DNA from: the human T2T-CHM13v2.0 reference genome, Homo sapiens | Length of the DNA stretch: 64,000 bases | NCBI GenBank assembly: GCA_009914755.4 | Contig: CP068257.2 | Location: 14,144,001-14,208,000, forward strand | Reading direction: 5' to 3' | Shown: positions 15,131-29,306 of the stretch, in pieces | How the letters are laid out: every line of letters starts with the position of its first letter | Position numbering within the stretch: position 1 is the first letter of the stretch | Position numbers and translations under genes: made by a program | The notes under the pieces: model-generated | What the model was told of the DNA's origin: nothing | The model's input: only the letters and a program-made list of their open reading frames with translations | Database searches by the model: none

Positions 15131-16104
15131 CTGATCTCAGGAAATTAAGGGTACTTTTGAAAGTAATTTTGTGGATTAAAGCTCATAGTCTTTATACTTT
15201 TAAAACCTATGTCTGAGGGCATATTTGGAACCAGTTTTATTCCCTCTTACCTATTTCTCAGGACTCTTTTTTGGAATCTATTCTAGAAGCAATTCTTTCT
15301 ATGTGGGTTATACTATTTTGGGCAGCAACTATGTAAAGATACACCCCCATCCCAGACCCCTAGAATTTTACAGTGTTGAGAATGCCAACTGTGTAAATTT
15401 GGAAGAAAATTTTCATGTTTAATATCTAAATTTTTTCCGTTAAAATTGTTATTATAAGAACTAAATATTATAAGAATGGCTTGCCTGGTTTGTTGTCATG
15501 AAACATTTCACTAAGTTATGTGAATTATGTTATTTTTTAAAATTTCCTTCTTGTTTTAAAATACATTGTTAGTGATTGGTAATGTGGGTTGTTTTAATTT
15601 CTTTCTGGAGATTTTGCTTTAATGAGCCAGTAAGAATTGAATGCTTTGTGTAGTAAAAAGTTGGGGAAAAGATATAGAAATTCTTGTCTTTGAGAATCTT
15701 ATAGTCTTATTGAGAAACAAAAGTAAGATTTCAGAGGAATATTAGGAGGGTGATATATTAGTCTCCTATTAGGATCTGGTCTAATTATTAAATTAATAAA
15801 ATTAAATAAATTTAAATATTGTGATTGAATTATATTAAATATAATGTTCGATAACTTTAGATATAAAATAAATGAGTATAAAATAATTTTATAAGTAATT
15901 TTTATTAAATATAAAAACAAATATTAAATTTCTAATAATCGGGTGAGGTTCTAATATTAGTCTAATAATTAAGATTGTCACACCACAGTGACAGTCGGTG
16001 ATTCATTGCTCAGTGAAAGGCATTTATTTCAGTAGATGTGGAATTTGAAGGTATCGTTGACTTGAAGGAGTCTGGAAAGGCTTCATGGAGGAGTGGAGAT
16101 TTTT

Positions 16105-16200
16105 GCTAAATGGGTTTATTGAGATCAAGCACTTAGAACAGTGCCTGGCATGTAGTGAACACTCATTGAATGTTGGCTGTTATTATTGCTCTGAGCAGCA
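16105..16200 (+). mobile_element. MIR SINE 3' fragment
   Basis: cttagaacagtgcctggcatgtagtgaacactcattgaatgttggctgttattattg. Confidence 0.4.
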
Positions 16201-16538
16201 GCAGCTGGGCCTTGCTGAATGGGAAGTATTATGAGAAGCAGTCTTGAATGAGGAAGATATTCTTGGCTGAGTAATGACATGATTTGCTGTGAATATGTGG
16301 CATTCATGCTGAAATTGTGAGCCTATCCTAGGTCTTCTGCCTTTTTGTGCTGGACTTCTTTGAGTCTCTTAGATGGCACCAACACTCTACTTTCTTCAAT
16401 TATGATAGAGTGCTAATTCATCCCTAAACTATATTGGCTAGTTTAATTTTTGGTTACTGTTAAAATGAATATTTATTAGTAAAAATTTTCTTAATCTTCA
16501 GTTAAGGTGTTTTTGTTTTTGTTTTTTTCCTTCAATAG

Positions 16539-16676
16539 GAACATCGGAATTTGCCTTTTATGCGTGAGCTGAGGTATCTATTTGCACTTCTTGTTGGTAC
16601 CAAAAGGAAGTATGTTGATCCATCAAGAGCAGTTGAAATTCTTAAGGATGCTTTCAAATCAAATGACTCACAGCAG
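16539..16676 (+). CDS. USP25: USP25 coding exon (inferred exon 8): [46 protein letters not shown]
   Basis: Acceptor tttttttccttcaatag|GAA and donor CAG|gtagtt. 138 nt in frame. Confidence 0.9.
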
Positions 16677-18344
16677 GTAGTTCTGTTGCACTGACTTGTT
16701 CATTAACCATTTGTATTTAATCTGAACAATATTAAGCACCTTTCCCAAGAATATGAGACTATTTGAGATGCATGATTCTGCTTTATTAAAAATAACCTGG
16801 AACCATTTAAAACATTTGGGAGACTTTTAAGAGAAAAGTGATCTTGAAGGTGTTAAAATAAAGTTTTAATTTATATTATGATTGAAATGAAAACGATGGA
16901 TACAATTAAGATTATTTACAAATACATAATTAAACATGTTCACAAATGTGTGATAACAGAGGATCATTATAGTACACATGCTTTTGATATTCCTGTGTTT
17001 GCTGGCAGGGAGTACTTTTCCTTAATTACCCAGAAATGGTTTTTGAAAGATGTTATCTTTGTTATTGTTGCTTTTGTCTTTTATTCTTTATATAGTGTAT
17101 TGTGGTAGATTTTTATCCATTACCTTAAAAGAATATTGGTAATTTTCTTATAAAAAATACAAAATATCTATAAACAAACCAGTATTTTCACATATAATTG
17201 GAAAAATCAGAGAAATTAAAGAAGGAAAACAGAGGAAAAAATACAGTGGCAAAGAATAGTAAGTGTTCAAAAAGATAGCGGCAATGTGTAATGGCAGAAG
17301 TTTCAAAAAGCCACTAAGCTTGCAGCGTTGTTTTTTAAAGTACATACTTGGATGTGTCTCTGTTTTGTGATGTATGGAGAGGGCGTTTGGAAGAGGAAGG
17401 TCTGAGATTCTCTCACCATCTTCCTTGTGCTTTTTGTTTCTGCTTTACATTTACCTTGTATGGCAAATGTGAATGAACAAAAAGGGCACTCACATCAGAG
17501 TTTCTTTTATATGTTGTTGCATTTTTAAAAAAAATTCTAACAATGCTCCAGTGCCTTTTAGGCTTAGTATCTACTCAGCTTTGTTTCTTACTCGCTCTGT
17601 CATGGTAACACTAACACAAATCAAAAGAAAGAGAAATAATTTTACAGTTGATTCCAAACCATCATTTTCGGGCATTCAGCATTCCTTCTGGTTCTAAATG
17701 TGTTTTACTTTTTTTTTTCTTCTTTAGTATGCATAGTATCTTTTCCAGTGATTCTGAGTATACAATTAAATTTTTTAAAAGATTACTTCTGTTCTCTGAC
17801 TTATCTTTCCTTCTGGATGGCTTTTTCCTTGTCTTTTTTCTGGTTTCTTTTTTTTTTTCTTTCTTTTCTAGAGATTCATGTTGATTTTGGGGTATCTTTT
17901 CACATTTAAAGATGAGGCAGCATAGACTTTGTCTGGAGCCATGTATGTACATAGGTGGGCTTTTCAGTTTGAGTTAGAGTTGAAATGGATACAACTGGCG
18001 GTTAAGGCCACAATATAAATGCTTTTGCTTCAGATTAGCAGTGTAGACTAACTTTTGAAATTAGTGATTCTTTTTCTTTAGAGGCCTTTTAAAGTAGATG
18101 TGCATCAATTAAGGTTGATAAGTTTGATTCTCTTCTGTTCCCTAAACACTTGAATTTGAAGTCTACAGGAGTAATTTAGTGAATCTGTAAATGTAAGCAT
18201 CATGATTTTTTTAAAAGTGAATTTATATTTTCATTGTATCTTCTTCCTAAATATTTCAAATACATCATCTTTTGAAGTACACAGGAGTCTTTTGAGACAC
18301 CCTTTGGTATGTGATACTGTTAGTTTTTTCTTTTTCTTTTCCGT

Positions 18345-18705
<361 letters not shown>

Positions 18706-18839
18706 TAGATTGATTTCTAAGAAAGATAGGGATTAACTTCTGAAAAATATTGTGTTAGCTAGGAAACCTTATTTTTTGTTGGATGTAATGTTTAAGTGAA
18801 TTAAAGTTATACAAAAGTATGAAAAGTTGTTTTAAGGTG

Positions 18840-19330
18840 TTACAATAGTTCCTAAGGACAGTCGTAACAAATTACAACAAATGGAGTGGTTAAAAACAAA
18901 AGGTTATTCTCTAATAGTTCTAGAGGGCAGAGGTCCAGAGTAAAGGTGTTGGCAGGGCCACACTTCCTCCATTGGCTCTGAGGGAGAATCCTTTGCTTCC
19001 ACCGTACTCTGGTGGCTGTTGGTGTTCCTTGCCTTGAGGCAGCATAGCTCCAATCTCTGTCTTCCTCTTCATGTGGCTTTCCCTCATGTGTCTGTCTGTC
19101 TTCTGGTTTTCTGTTTCTTACAAGAACACTCACCATTGGATTTAGCCCCAGCCCTAATCCAGGCTGATCTCATCTCAAGATCCTTACCTTAATTATATTG
19201 ACAAAGACCATTATTCTAAATAGTGTCACATTTTGAGGATCTAGGTGGACATATATTTTTGCAGGCTACTATTCAACCCGCCACAGATGTTATGAATGTT
19301 TACAGCTGGATTTTTGCGTTGCGTTTAGTC
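18840..19330. mobile_element. Ancient LTR/MaLR-like interspersed repeat (family not assigned)
   Basis: Recurrent genomic motif ...ggtcacattttgaggatctaggtggacatatatttttgcaggctactattcaacccgccaca..., typical of old mammalian LTRs. Confidence 0.3.
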
Positions 19331-19963
19331 CTATTTAACTCTACAGCTTTGGAGCAGTTTACTTAAGCTTCCCAGACTTTAGTTTCAACATTTTTTTGAG
19401 GTTAATATAAAGTTGGCCTACATGCTCTTTAAGAAACTGCTGGCTGAAAAAATATATGATAGTAAGTTTGTTTTGTATTTGGGGCTATTTTGGTAAGTAA
19501 GGACAAATTGCTTACTACTGATTCATCTGCCTGTAAGCAGCCTCAGTAGAGTTGATTTATTGTTTTTCCCTTATGTTCTATTTATTATTTTCTGTGTTCC
19601 AACTCACGTTATTGAAAGAATTATGGTAGTTGATAACACAACTGCCACAACCTATTCCTGTTTTTCCGTGTTGGGAGAGCAAAGACCAAAGGCATGGTGA
19701 AAGGTGATAAATGGGCTGGTTCTGAATGATAGTAAAGGTAGATATGGCTTAAAAAGTTGTGTGTGTAAGTTGAATTAAGAAAAGTGAATTGTGGAAAGAG
19801 ACTAGTCTTCCTTCTAAGAGAGAAGCCAGTCATAATTCTTTATAAAACGAAGAACTGTTTGCTAAGATGATTTCTTCATTTTATAAAGATTCATTACAGA
19901 GCTCTTTGGGTGGGGAGTAATGATTATTTTTTAAAAATCTCATTTGTAAGTTTGGTTTTTGAT

Positions 19964-19991
19964 TGTGTGTGTGTGTGTGTGTGTGTGTGTA
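19964..19991. repeat. (GT)n microsatellite, ~14 units
   Basis: Direct read: tgtgtgtgtgtgtgtgtgtgtgtgtgtg. Confidence 0.95.
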
Positions 19992-20225
19992 TTTTAAAGT
20001 GAAACCCAATAATTGATTATCATATAATGCTTGTTTTTTCAAATATCTTATATCCTGGTTAAATTATAAAAGTTTCTTGCATTTCGTGTGAAACATTTCA
20101 CTTGTTATCTTTGTAAGGAGTTGGTAATTATATATTTCAACAACTGGCTCTAGGTTTGATGTTACAACATCTAGTATTTTTTTTTTAGTAGGCTCAAATA
20201 TCAACAGGCTTTTTTCTTTTCACAG

Positions 20226-20302
20226 CAAGATGTGAGTGAGTTTACACACAAATTATTAGATTGGTTAGAAGATGCCTTCCAAATGAAAGCTGAAGAGGAG
20301 AC
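20226..20302 (+). CDS. USP25: USP25 coding exon (inferred exon 9): [25 protein letters not shown] plus split Thr codon
   Basis: Acceptor ttttcttttcacag|CAA and donor AC|gtaagt. 77 nt. The Thr codon AC|G is completed by the next exon. Confidence 0.9.
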
Positions 20303-20879
20303 GTAAGTTACCGTGAAGTTTAGCAATGGGGTTTTAGGAATTCATTAGATAGCATGTATTAAATGTCAACAGAGAAATAAGAAATCAAGACAGACTTATG
20401 GGAATCCCAGTATTTTCTGTATTATTGACAAGCTGTTTAGAATTTGCAGGCACAAATAATAGTGTAACCAAAAAAATCTAAAAAGTGATCCCTGGAAGAG
20501 CTAGTCTTACATGCCCAGTTCCTTTTCTTAGATTCAATAATCACTTTTCATGACGAGGAATGAATTTGCGGTGGAGAAAGATGTCAGGAATGTGAATTGT
20601 GACAAAATCCTTTTACGTAGAAGCATGAAGACAGGGATATGAAGTAGCAGTGCATGTGAGCAAGTGGCTCTGTTTTATCTGTTCACTCAGGGCCCCGAGG
20701 TCACCTAGGTTTCTGGGATCTTGCTGGCAGTGAAAATTATACTGTGTCTCTAAGTTTCTGCCCAGAGGTGACACACATCACTTCTGCAAACATTTTGTTG
20801 GGCAGAGCTATGTGGCCTAACTTCAAAGTGAGTAGGAATATCTCACACTAATTAGGATGGCGGCTACGAAAAAAAACGA

Positions 20880-21575
20880 AACACCCCCCCCAACCCCTAC
20901 TGACCCAAGAAAATAACGAGGGTTGGCAAGGATGTGGAGAAATTGAAACCCTTGTGCAGTGTTGGTGAGGATATGAAATGGTACAGCCACTGTGGAAAAC
21001 AGTATGGGGATTTCTTAAAAGATTAAAAATATAATCACCATATGATCCAGCAATTCTGCTTCTTGGTGTATATCCAAAAGAATTGAAAGCAGGGTTTCAA
21101 AGAGATATTTGTACACCTGTGTTCATAGCAACGTTATTCACAATAGCCGAAAGGTGGAAGCAAACCAAATGTCCATTGATAGGTGAATGGATAAACAAAA
21201 TGTGCTGTATATACATACAGTGGAATATTATTTATCCTGAAAAGCACAGAAGTTCTGACATATGGTGTAACATGACCCCTTGAAGATATTATGCCACGTG
21301 AAAGAAGCCAGTCACAAAAGGACAGGTACTATAAATCACTTATGTGAGGTATCAAGAGTTATCAAACTCTTAGCAACAGAAAGTAGAATGGTGGTTGCCA
21401 GAGGCTGGGGGGAGGGGGAGATGAGGAGTTGTTTAATGCATATAGAGTTTCAGTTTTGCAAGAGGAAAAGAATTCTGACATTGGTTGCACAACAGTGTGA
21501 ATATACTTAACATTACCGAACTGTACAGTTAAAGGGTTATGTACATTTTATCACAGTTTTAAGAAGTGAGTAGGA
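20880..21575 (+). mobile_element. L1 3' end (ORF2 C-terminus plus 3' UTR), old L1P/L1M family
   Basis: gttggcaaggatgtggagaaattgaaaccc...gaatggtggttgccagaggctgggg...gttgcacaacagtgtgaatatacttaacattaccgaactgtacag matches the L1 3' consensus. Confidence 0.7.
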
Positions 21576-22553
21576 CAGTGTATCTTACCATGCACCTGAA
21601 CGTGAAGGGCCAGAATTTTTTTTCAGTAGCATTAAAGACTGCTATACTACCTACTGGGGTTCTTGTAAGAATTAAGAGAAGTACTTATCAACATTATTCT
21701 AAGGATTAAATGATGACCCATTTATCAAGAGAGATGGTATCCCCTCTCTCCCTTTTTAAACAATACTTCACAAATCAATTAATATAAACACAAATTAATG
21801 CAGAAAAATCTGTACACAATTGTGGATACAACGCATTTCTATACAGTAAGGCAAGGATAAACTTTGTCTTTTTAGGTCACACAAACCATAAAAAGACAAT
21901 TTAAAATTTTCAACTTTTGTTTGCTCCAAGCAGAAAAGAAAAAAATGAATTTTGGTATTAAATGACTTGGAAAATTTGTAGATGACTAATTCTACCAGCA
22001 GTGTGAAACTTCACAAAAGAATGAAGTAGCTGTTCAGCTACTTTGGGTGAAAAACTGGTACCTCGTTCCCTCCCTGGTGAGGGTTGTTGTTTTTGGATTT
22101 TTTTGGACTCTTCCATGTAAATACAGGAAATAACCTATCAAAATTTTGTAGAAATGTATTCTGATTAAAAGTGGCTTTTCTTCCTTCCCATGTCCAAATA
22201 AACGTGCACTACACAGAGTATGAGATTGAAATGTGTAATGATGATAGGAAGAGCAGGCACTTTGTGCACAAACTGTGTCAATTTCTCTTCCAAGTTCATA
22301 CACGTAGTAGCTCATTTTAACTCCTATGAGAGTCCTGTGGGTGCAGCTATCATAGTTATCCGCAGTTGACAGGTAAAGAAATGGAAGAATAAGTACCTTG
22401 TGCAACGTGGCACTGTAAATAACAGAGCTAAATGCAAGTGCGTGATAGCCACATAAGTGTTTTTGTCTTGTCATATGTTATAGTTCTTTAATATTTTCTC
22501 TATTTATAGGTCCGAAAATTGTAATCACATTTATATTTTTTAACATACTTTAG

Positions 22554-22627
22554 GGATGAAGAGAAGCCAAAGAACCCCATGGTAGAGTTGTTCTATGGCA
22601 GATTCCTGGCTGTGGGAGTACTTGAAG
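22554..22627 (+). CDS. USP25: USP25 coding exon (inferred exon 10): (T)[24 protein letters not shown](G)
   Basis: Acceptor taacatactttag|G and donor GAAG|gtagag. 74 nt. Frame links exon 9 to exon 11. Confidence 0.88.
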
Positions 22628-23504
22628 GTAGAGTTATACATTTACTTTTTATTGCAAGTGAAGAGAGATTATTATTCATTCATTCGTCTCGATAGTTACT
22701 ATTTTTTTAGTGGACTTTATTTTTAATTTGATATATTCTGTCTAGTAATTTTTGTTGGATTGCTACTGTTATTCACATAAAGCACAGAATTGAATGAAGG
22801 AAAAGGAATGTACAGAGTGCATTATCACATACTAATTAATACTTTATTTTATCCTCATGTTTTTTCCAGTGAGAGGGCTTCCATGATACAATTATGTTGG
22901 AATACAGGGATTAATGGGATGGTTGATAGATCCTTTGAAGATAATATTGGAGTTAAATACTGGGCTTGATATGATGCTCACTTTCTTTTTCATGTTGAAA
23001 GCTGAATTTAGCAACTTAGCATAGTCAGGGTATTATAGAGTTCTCACTTTTTCAGTGATTTTAAATGTAGATATTAGTTTTCAGGAAAAGATTGTACTCT
23101 ATCTTTTGAAAAATCAGTGAAGAGTGATACTACTCCATTTAAGCTAAATACCTGTTTCTTAAAATTTGGCCTAAGTAGTTTCTGTTTGGGTTCCCTAACA
23201 AGGGAGGAGACTCTTTAAATGTAACTTCATGTAATAATATTAGGTCCCAAAGCATAAACTTTTGAAAAATTGTTTTTCTCACATCACCCAATGCATCAAC
23301 TTTTGAAAGTTATCTTTTTCCAGATCAGCTAAAGTGTAAAATTTGAAAAAATGCTTTTTCTTCACGATCTTAAGTAGTGGATTCCCTGAAGTTCTGTTTG
23401 AACGTAGGTGGTTTGGGATTCAGAAAAAGACAATACTAACTCAGATGTTGGCCCTTTAAAAAGTCTTAGTGACATGTTCGTACGTTTTTGTTTGTTTCAA
23501 GTGG

Positions 23505-23595
23505 TAACAACTTATATATAAGTTGTTTTATATATATATGCACATATATATGAGTTAATATATATAAGTTTATATATATATGTAGAATATTTTAC
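23505..23595. repeat. (TA)n-rich low-complexity tract
   Basis: tatatatatatgcacatatatatgagttaatatatataagtttatatatatatg. Confidence 0.8.
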
Positions 23596-23783
23596 ATAGT
23601 ACATTTACGTTGGGTCATTCATCTTAATCATTCTGATTTTATTTGAAGTAGAACACTATCTGATGCAGCGAGTAGGTCTCATCAGGTCATGACTAGGCAC
23701 TGTTTATAATACCCTGCATGAGCATTTCTACCTGTATTATATTGATTCCTAAAATTGATTGTTATTAAAATATTTAATTTGTT

Positions 23784-24091
<308 letters not shown>

Positions 24092-25480
24092 TCAATCCAG
24101 TGTTGAAGTCTTTGTACTTGGTATTAGTAAGTTGCTTTAGTGATTGTGTTATATAAAGGTGGCCTTAATACGTTTTCACTTGAACTATGTGTTTGCTTCA
24201 GTAAAAGTAATTTATTTCAGAGTACTTTCTTATCACTTTTTACATAGATCTTCCTAATACTTTCTTTCAAACCAATGGTTCTTCATTAGGGATGATTTTT
24301 AGTTTGTTTGCCAAAGTACCCCCACTGCAAAAGTCCCTCAACTTTTTGAGAACTTCTAGTTCATTGTCCCCTCTCAGCCCTTCTCTGTACTTCACTCCTT
24401 CCTTTTTCATCTAAAACCTAAAACTCTCTTTCCCCCCTTCCCTTCTGGCACCCCCTCCCTGTTCTCTAACCTTCATTAAGCTGTTCATCTTTTCTGTGTC
24501 TGTACTGAGTACCTGAAGATTGCTGGCAAAAAGTCACAGAAATGGGCTAACTGTAGTGGATCATGAATTTGAGTGATACTGAGCTTCCGTGCTCCCAATC
24601 CTATAACCCAACTTGTTCTGTGTAATCACCATTCTTTCTCTCATTTACTGCAATAAATATTTTCGTTTTTTCCACTCATTTCAGATCTAACTTATCTCTT
24701 CATTCTCTGAGAAAATCTTTACCTCAGATTTCATAGATTTACTGTCACATTAATGAAACTTAATCACAGGTTTTGCCCAGTCCCCGAATCTAATTTTACA
24801 TTTGTAGTTTTGTATCATATTCTAAAAACACAACATTCCCAAATATATGAGCCTCAGGCTCCATAACCTAGATCTATCACTACCTCTACTATATTTTTAC
24901 CTGCTCCTACATATAATAAAGGAATTACCCAGTTTTATATCAAAAGACTGTTCTTTATACGTGCTCAGAATTCCCTCCCTTCATGCTTTTACTCAGACCT
25001 TACTTCATTCGTTTTTTCTTGGCTTTTGAGCTTCTCCCACTCTTTCTTTCTCATCAATATTTACACATTGTCTGGTATCTCAAACCTTAAAAATTAAAAA
25101 CGTTATCCCCTCCCATACTCTTTTTCAGTTAATACCCTCTCTTGATTCTTATTCAAAATTAAGCCCCTTTAAAGAGAGGAGTTAGTTTCAACTGATTACT
25201 CCCCATTTATTAAACCTAGCCCCAGTTTAGTTTCTGGCTTCAGAACTTGTCTAAAAGGGATCTTGCTAAGGTTATTGATTTTCTACATGTGGTTAAATCC
25301 ATTAGATCCCTTTCAGTTTCTGATATAGTTTGGTCATGTCCCAAACCGAATCTCAACTTGATTGTATCTCGCAGAATTCCGTGTGTTGTGGGAGGGACCC
25401 AGGGGGAGGTAATTGAATTATGGGGGCTGGTCTTTCTCGTGCTATTCTTATGATAATGAATAAGTCTCCTGAGACTTATC

Positions 25481-25640
25481 ATTTATTAAAGGCACTTCTT
25501 CCATGGCGGCGACAAGAGAAAATGAGGTAGAAGTAAAAGTGGAAACCCAGGATAAACCCTTGAGATTTATCTGGGGTTTCCACTTTTACTTCTACCTCAT
25601 TTCCTCTTGCTGCTGCCATGTAAGAAGTGCCTTTTGCCTC
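25481..25640. repeat. Inverted duplication (palindrome) inside the THE1 5' LTR: perfect 29-bp arms at 25520-25548 and 25574-25602, 25-nt loop, with imperfect extension to ~65-bp arms
   Basis: Arm 1 aaatgaggtagaagtaaaagtggaaaccc is the exact reverse complement of arm 2 gggtttccacttttacttctacctcattt. The matching position in the 3' LTR (27610-27650) has only the arm-2 sequence. Confidence 0.9.
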
Positions 25641-27130
25641 CTGCCATGATTCTGAGGCCTCCCCAGCCATGTGGAACTGTAAGTCCAATTAAACCTCTTT
25701 TTCTTCCCAGCCTTGCCTATGTCTTTATTAGCAGCTTGAGAATGGACTAATACAGTAAATTGGGTCCGGTAGAGTAGGACGTTGGTGAAAAGATACCTGA
25801 AAATGTGGAAGCAACTTTGGAGATAGGTAACAGGCAGAGGTTGGAACAGTTTGAAGGGCTCAGAAGAAGATAGGAAAATGTGGGAAAGTTTGGAACCTCC
25901 TAGAGATTTGTTGAATGGCTTTGACAAAAATGCTGATAGTGATATGAACAATAAGGTCCAGGCTGAGGTGGTCTCAGATGGAGATGAGGAACTTGTTGGG
26001 AACTGAAGCAAAGGTGACTCTTGTTATGTTTTAGCAAAGAGACTGGTGGCATTTTGCCTCTGCCCTAGAGATTTGTGGAACTTTGAACTTGAGAGAGATG
26101 ATTTAAGATATCGGTGGAAGAAATTTCTAAGCAGCAAAGCATTCAAGAGATGACTTGGGAGCTATTAAAAGCATTCCATTTTGAAAGGGAAACAGAGCAT
26201 AAAAGTTCAGAAAATTTGCAGCCTGATGATCCAGTAGAGCAGAAAACCCCATTTTTTGAGGAGAAATTCAAGTCGTGGCTGCAGAAATTTGTGTTAAGTA
26301 ACAAGGAGCCAAATGTTAATCCCCAAGACAATAGGGAAAATGTCTCCAGGATATGTTATAGGTCTTCCTGGCAGCCCCTCCCATCATAGACCCAGAGAAG
26401 CCTAGGAGGAAAAAATAGTTTCGTGGGCTGCCCGTGGTACTCATGCTGTGTGCAGCCTAGGAACTTGGTGCCCTGTGTCTCAGCTGCTCCAGCTTTTGCT
26501 AGAAGGGGCCAAGGTGTAGCTCGGCCCATTGTTTCAGAGGGTGCAAGCCCCAAACCTTGGCACCTTCCACGTGGTGTTGAGCCTGCGGGTGCACAGAAGT
26601 CAAGAAGTGAGGTTTGGGCACCTCCACCTAGATTTCAGAAGATGTATAGAAATGCCTGGATGTCCAGGCAGAAGTTTGCTACAGAGTTGGGGTCCTCATG
26701 GACAACCTCTGCTAGGGCAGTACGGAAGAGAAATGTGGGGTTGGAGCCCACACAGAGAGTCCCTACTGGGGCACCACCTAGTGGAACTGTGAGAAGAAGG
26801 CCACTGTCCTCCAGACCCCAGAATGTTAGATCCACTGATAGCTTGCATTGTGTACCTGGAAAAGCTGCAGACACTCAACACCAACCCGTGAAAGCAGCCA
26901 GGAGGGAGGCTGTACCTTGCAAAGCCACAGGGGCGGAGCTGCCCAGGACCATGGGAACCTACCTCTTGCATCAGTGTGACCTGGATGTGAGAGCTGGCAT
27001 CCAAGGAGAGCATTTCAGAGCCTTAAAATTTGACTGCCCTGTTGGATTTCAGACTGTAACCCCTTTGTTTTGGCCTGTTTCTCCCATGTGGAATGGCTGT
27101 ATTTACCCAGTACCTGTACTCCAATTGTAA

Positions 27131-27254
27131 CTCTTCTCAGGAAAAAAATCAGTCAGTGTTACAGTTTTTAGGTTCAGGTGAGAATCCTTACATAATCTTA
27201 ATTTTAGTAGCCAAAAGGCCATGTTGAGGATCATTAATTTTCTCCCTTCTTATA
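27131..27254 (+). repeat. Copy of the ~125-bp block that lies immediately upstream of USP25 exon 11 (29991-30114); ~91% identity, ending in the same ttttctcccttcttatag|G acceptor-like motif
   Basis: My alignment shows ~11 differences over ~125 nt. Similarity starts near 27125/29985 and stops at the AG that precedes exon 11 in the downstream copy. Confidence 0.85.
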
Positions 27255-28256
27255 GGGAGTAACTAGCTTGCTTTTGATATTACAGGCTTGTAGGCGGAAG
27301 GGACTTAACCTTGTCTTAGATGTGGTTTGGACTGTGGACTTTTGGGTTAATGCTAAAATGAGCTAAGACTTTGGGGGATTGTTGGGAAGACATGATTGGT
27401 TTTGAAATGTGAGGACATGAGATTTGGAGGGGCTAGGGCTGGAATGATGTGGTTCAGCTGTGTCCTGATGTAAATCTCAACTTGAATTATATCTCCCAGA
27501 GTTCCCACATGTTGTGGGAGGGACCCAGGCGGAGGTAACTGAATCATGGTGGGGCAGTCTTTCCTGTGCTATTCTCATGATATTGAATACATCTCATGAG
27601 ATCTAATGAGTTTATCATGGGTTTCCACTTTTGCTTCTTCCTCATCTTCTCTTGCCTCTGCCATGTAAGAAGTGCCTTTTGCCTCCCGCCACGATTCTGA
27701 GGGCTTCCCAGCCATGTGGAACTGTAGTTCCAATTAATCCTCTTTTTCTTCCCAGTTTGGGATGTGTCTTTATCAGCAGCGTGATAATGGACTAATACAC
27801 TTTCCATATTGAATTCTTACCAGTTGTTAATGCTGATGACTCTTAACCTCTTCTTCCTCCTTTTTCCTATTCTTTCCTTAAAAACACATTTCTCTGGCTT
27901 TTGTAACACCATATTCTTGTGGCTTTTTTCCTGCCTCAGTGGGTACTTCTAAGAAAAGTTGTATTTATAGTCTCTTTTTGCATATAAAGGTAGCAGAACC
28001 TTAGGACTTTGTTTAGGCCCATTTCTTCTTCCTGTCCCATCCCCTAGGCATCTCATTCAGTGCCTTAATTTCCTGCTGTCAATAAGCCAGCAATTCTATC
28101 TTTATTCCAGAATGTTAATCTTAGTTACAGATTCATATTCAACTGTCTTCTCAAATTGAAATCTCATGGATCATAATGAACCAGTGATTTCCACTGCTAC
28201 CTCAAAACTAAAGAAAAAAAAAATCCTGTGTTCTTACTTAAGTGGTGCCATTTTCA

Positions 28257-28580
<324 letters not shown>

Positions 28581-28923
28581 CTAGTTGTTCAAAAAAAAAA
28601 AAATAGTAATCATTATCATCATCTAGTTGTTCATGCCAGAATTCTGTTATTCTTGATATTTTCCTTCTTACCTATCTCTTATCCTGCTCAGTCAAGTCCT
28701 GTTGGTGCCCTTCCTTGCATATATGTATAAATGTATATGTATGTAATTTTATCTCTTTTCTGTATTTTTACTTTTAACAACCTTCATCCATGCTACCTTT
28801 ATTTCTGGATAGATTCTGCAATAGTCTTTTAACAGATGACCACCCACTTCACACAGGGACTTTAAAGGTGTTTCAGAGACATAAACCTGAGCCTGTTATT
28901 CTTAGATTTAACCATTCAGTGAC

Positions 28924-29306
28924 TGTATTAGTCCATTTACATGCTGCTGATAAAGACATACCCGAGACCGGGCAATTTGCAAAAGAAAGAGGTTTAATGG
29001 ACTCACAGTTTTACATGGCTGGGGAGGCCTAACAATCATGGGCTGGGGAGGCCTAACATGGCAGAAGGTGAAGGGCATGTCTCACTTGGTGGCAGACAAG
29101 AGAAGAGAACAAGAGCCAAGCCAAAGGGGAAACCCCTTATAAAACCATCACATCTCATGAGGCATATTCACTACCACGAGAACGGTATGGGGGAAACCGC
29201 CCCCATGATTGAATTATCTCCTGCTGAATCCCTCCCACAATACAGGAGAATTATGGGAGCTACAATTTAAGATGAGATTTGAGTGGGGACACAGCCAAAC
29301 CGTATC
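28924..29306 (-). mobile_element. Solo THE1/MST-type MaLR LTR (antisense)
   Basis: Reverse complement matches the LTR consensus (tgtattagtccatt...ctgctgataaagacatacc...tccccagccatg...tacaggagaattatgggagctacaatttaagatgagatttg...ccaaaccgtatca). Contains a 24-bp internal tandem duplication ggctggggaggcctaaca. Confidence 0.65.

Larger units (their letters stand above)
25322..27799 (+). mobile_element. Full-length THE1-class MaLR retroelement: 5' LTR 25322-25754, internal 25755-27444, 3' LTR 27445-27799
   Basis: Both ends carry the THE1-type LTR (TGATAT.GTTTGG...TGTTGTGGGAGGGACCCAG.GGAGGTAA.TGAAT.ATGG...GCCATGTAAGAAGTGCC...CCAGCCATGTGGAACTGTA.TCCAATTAA.CCTCTTTTTCTTCCCAG...GGACTAATACA). Near-matching flanks gtttc / ctttc suggest a 5-bp TSD. 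The 235-aa ORF at 26423-27130 lies in the internal region. Confidence 0.75.

Noticed and set aside
15700-15960. Extremely AT-rich block with short internal palindromes
   Set aside because: It is low-complexity (A/T)n-like sequence with no recognisable TIRs, TSD or coding potential. Most likely a decayed AT-rich simple repeat.
22034-22474. 146-aa ORF on the minus strand just upstream of exon 10
   Set aside because: It is antisense to USP25, has no recognisable domain, and appears to overlap a degraded MIR-like SINE (…gacaggtaaagaaatggaagaataagtaccttgtgcaacgtggcac…). This is a chance ORF in AT-poor intronic sequence.
26423-27130. 235-aa ORF on the + strand, the longest ORF in the window
   Set aside because: It lies wholly inside the internal region of the THE1/MaLR element. 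It is Pro/Arg/Ser-rich and low complexity, resembles no protein family, and lacks exon-like splice context. MaLR internal regions are non-coding remnants.
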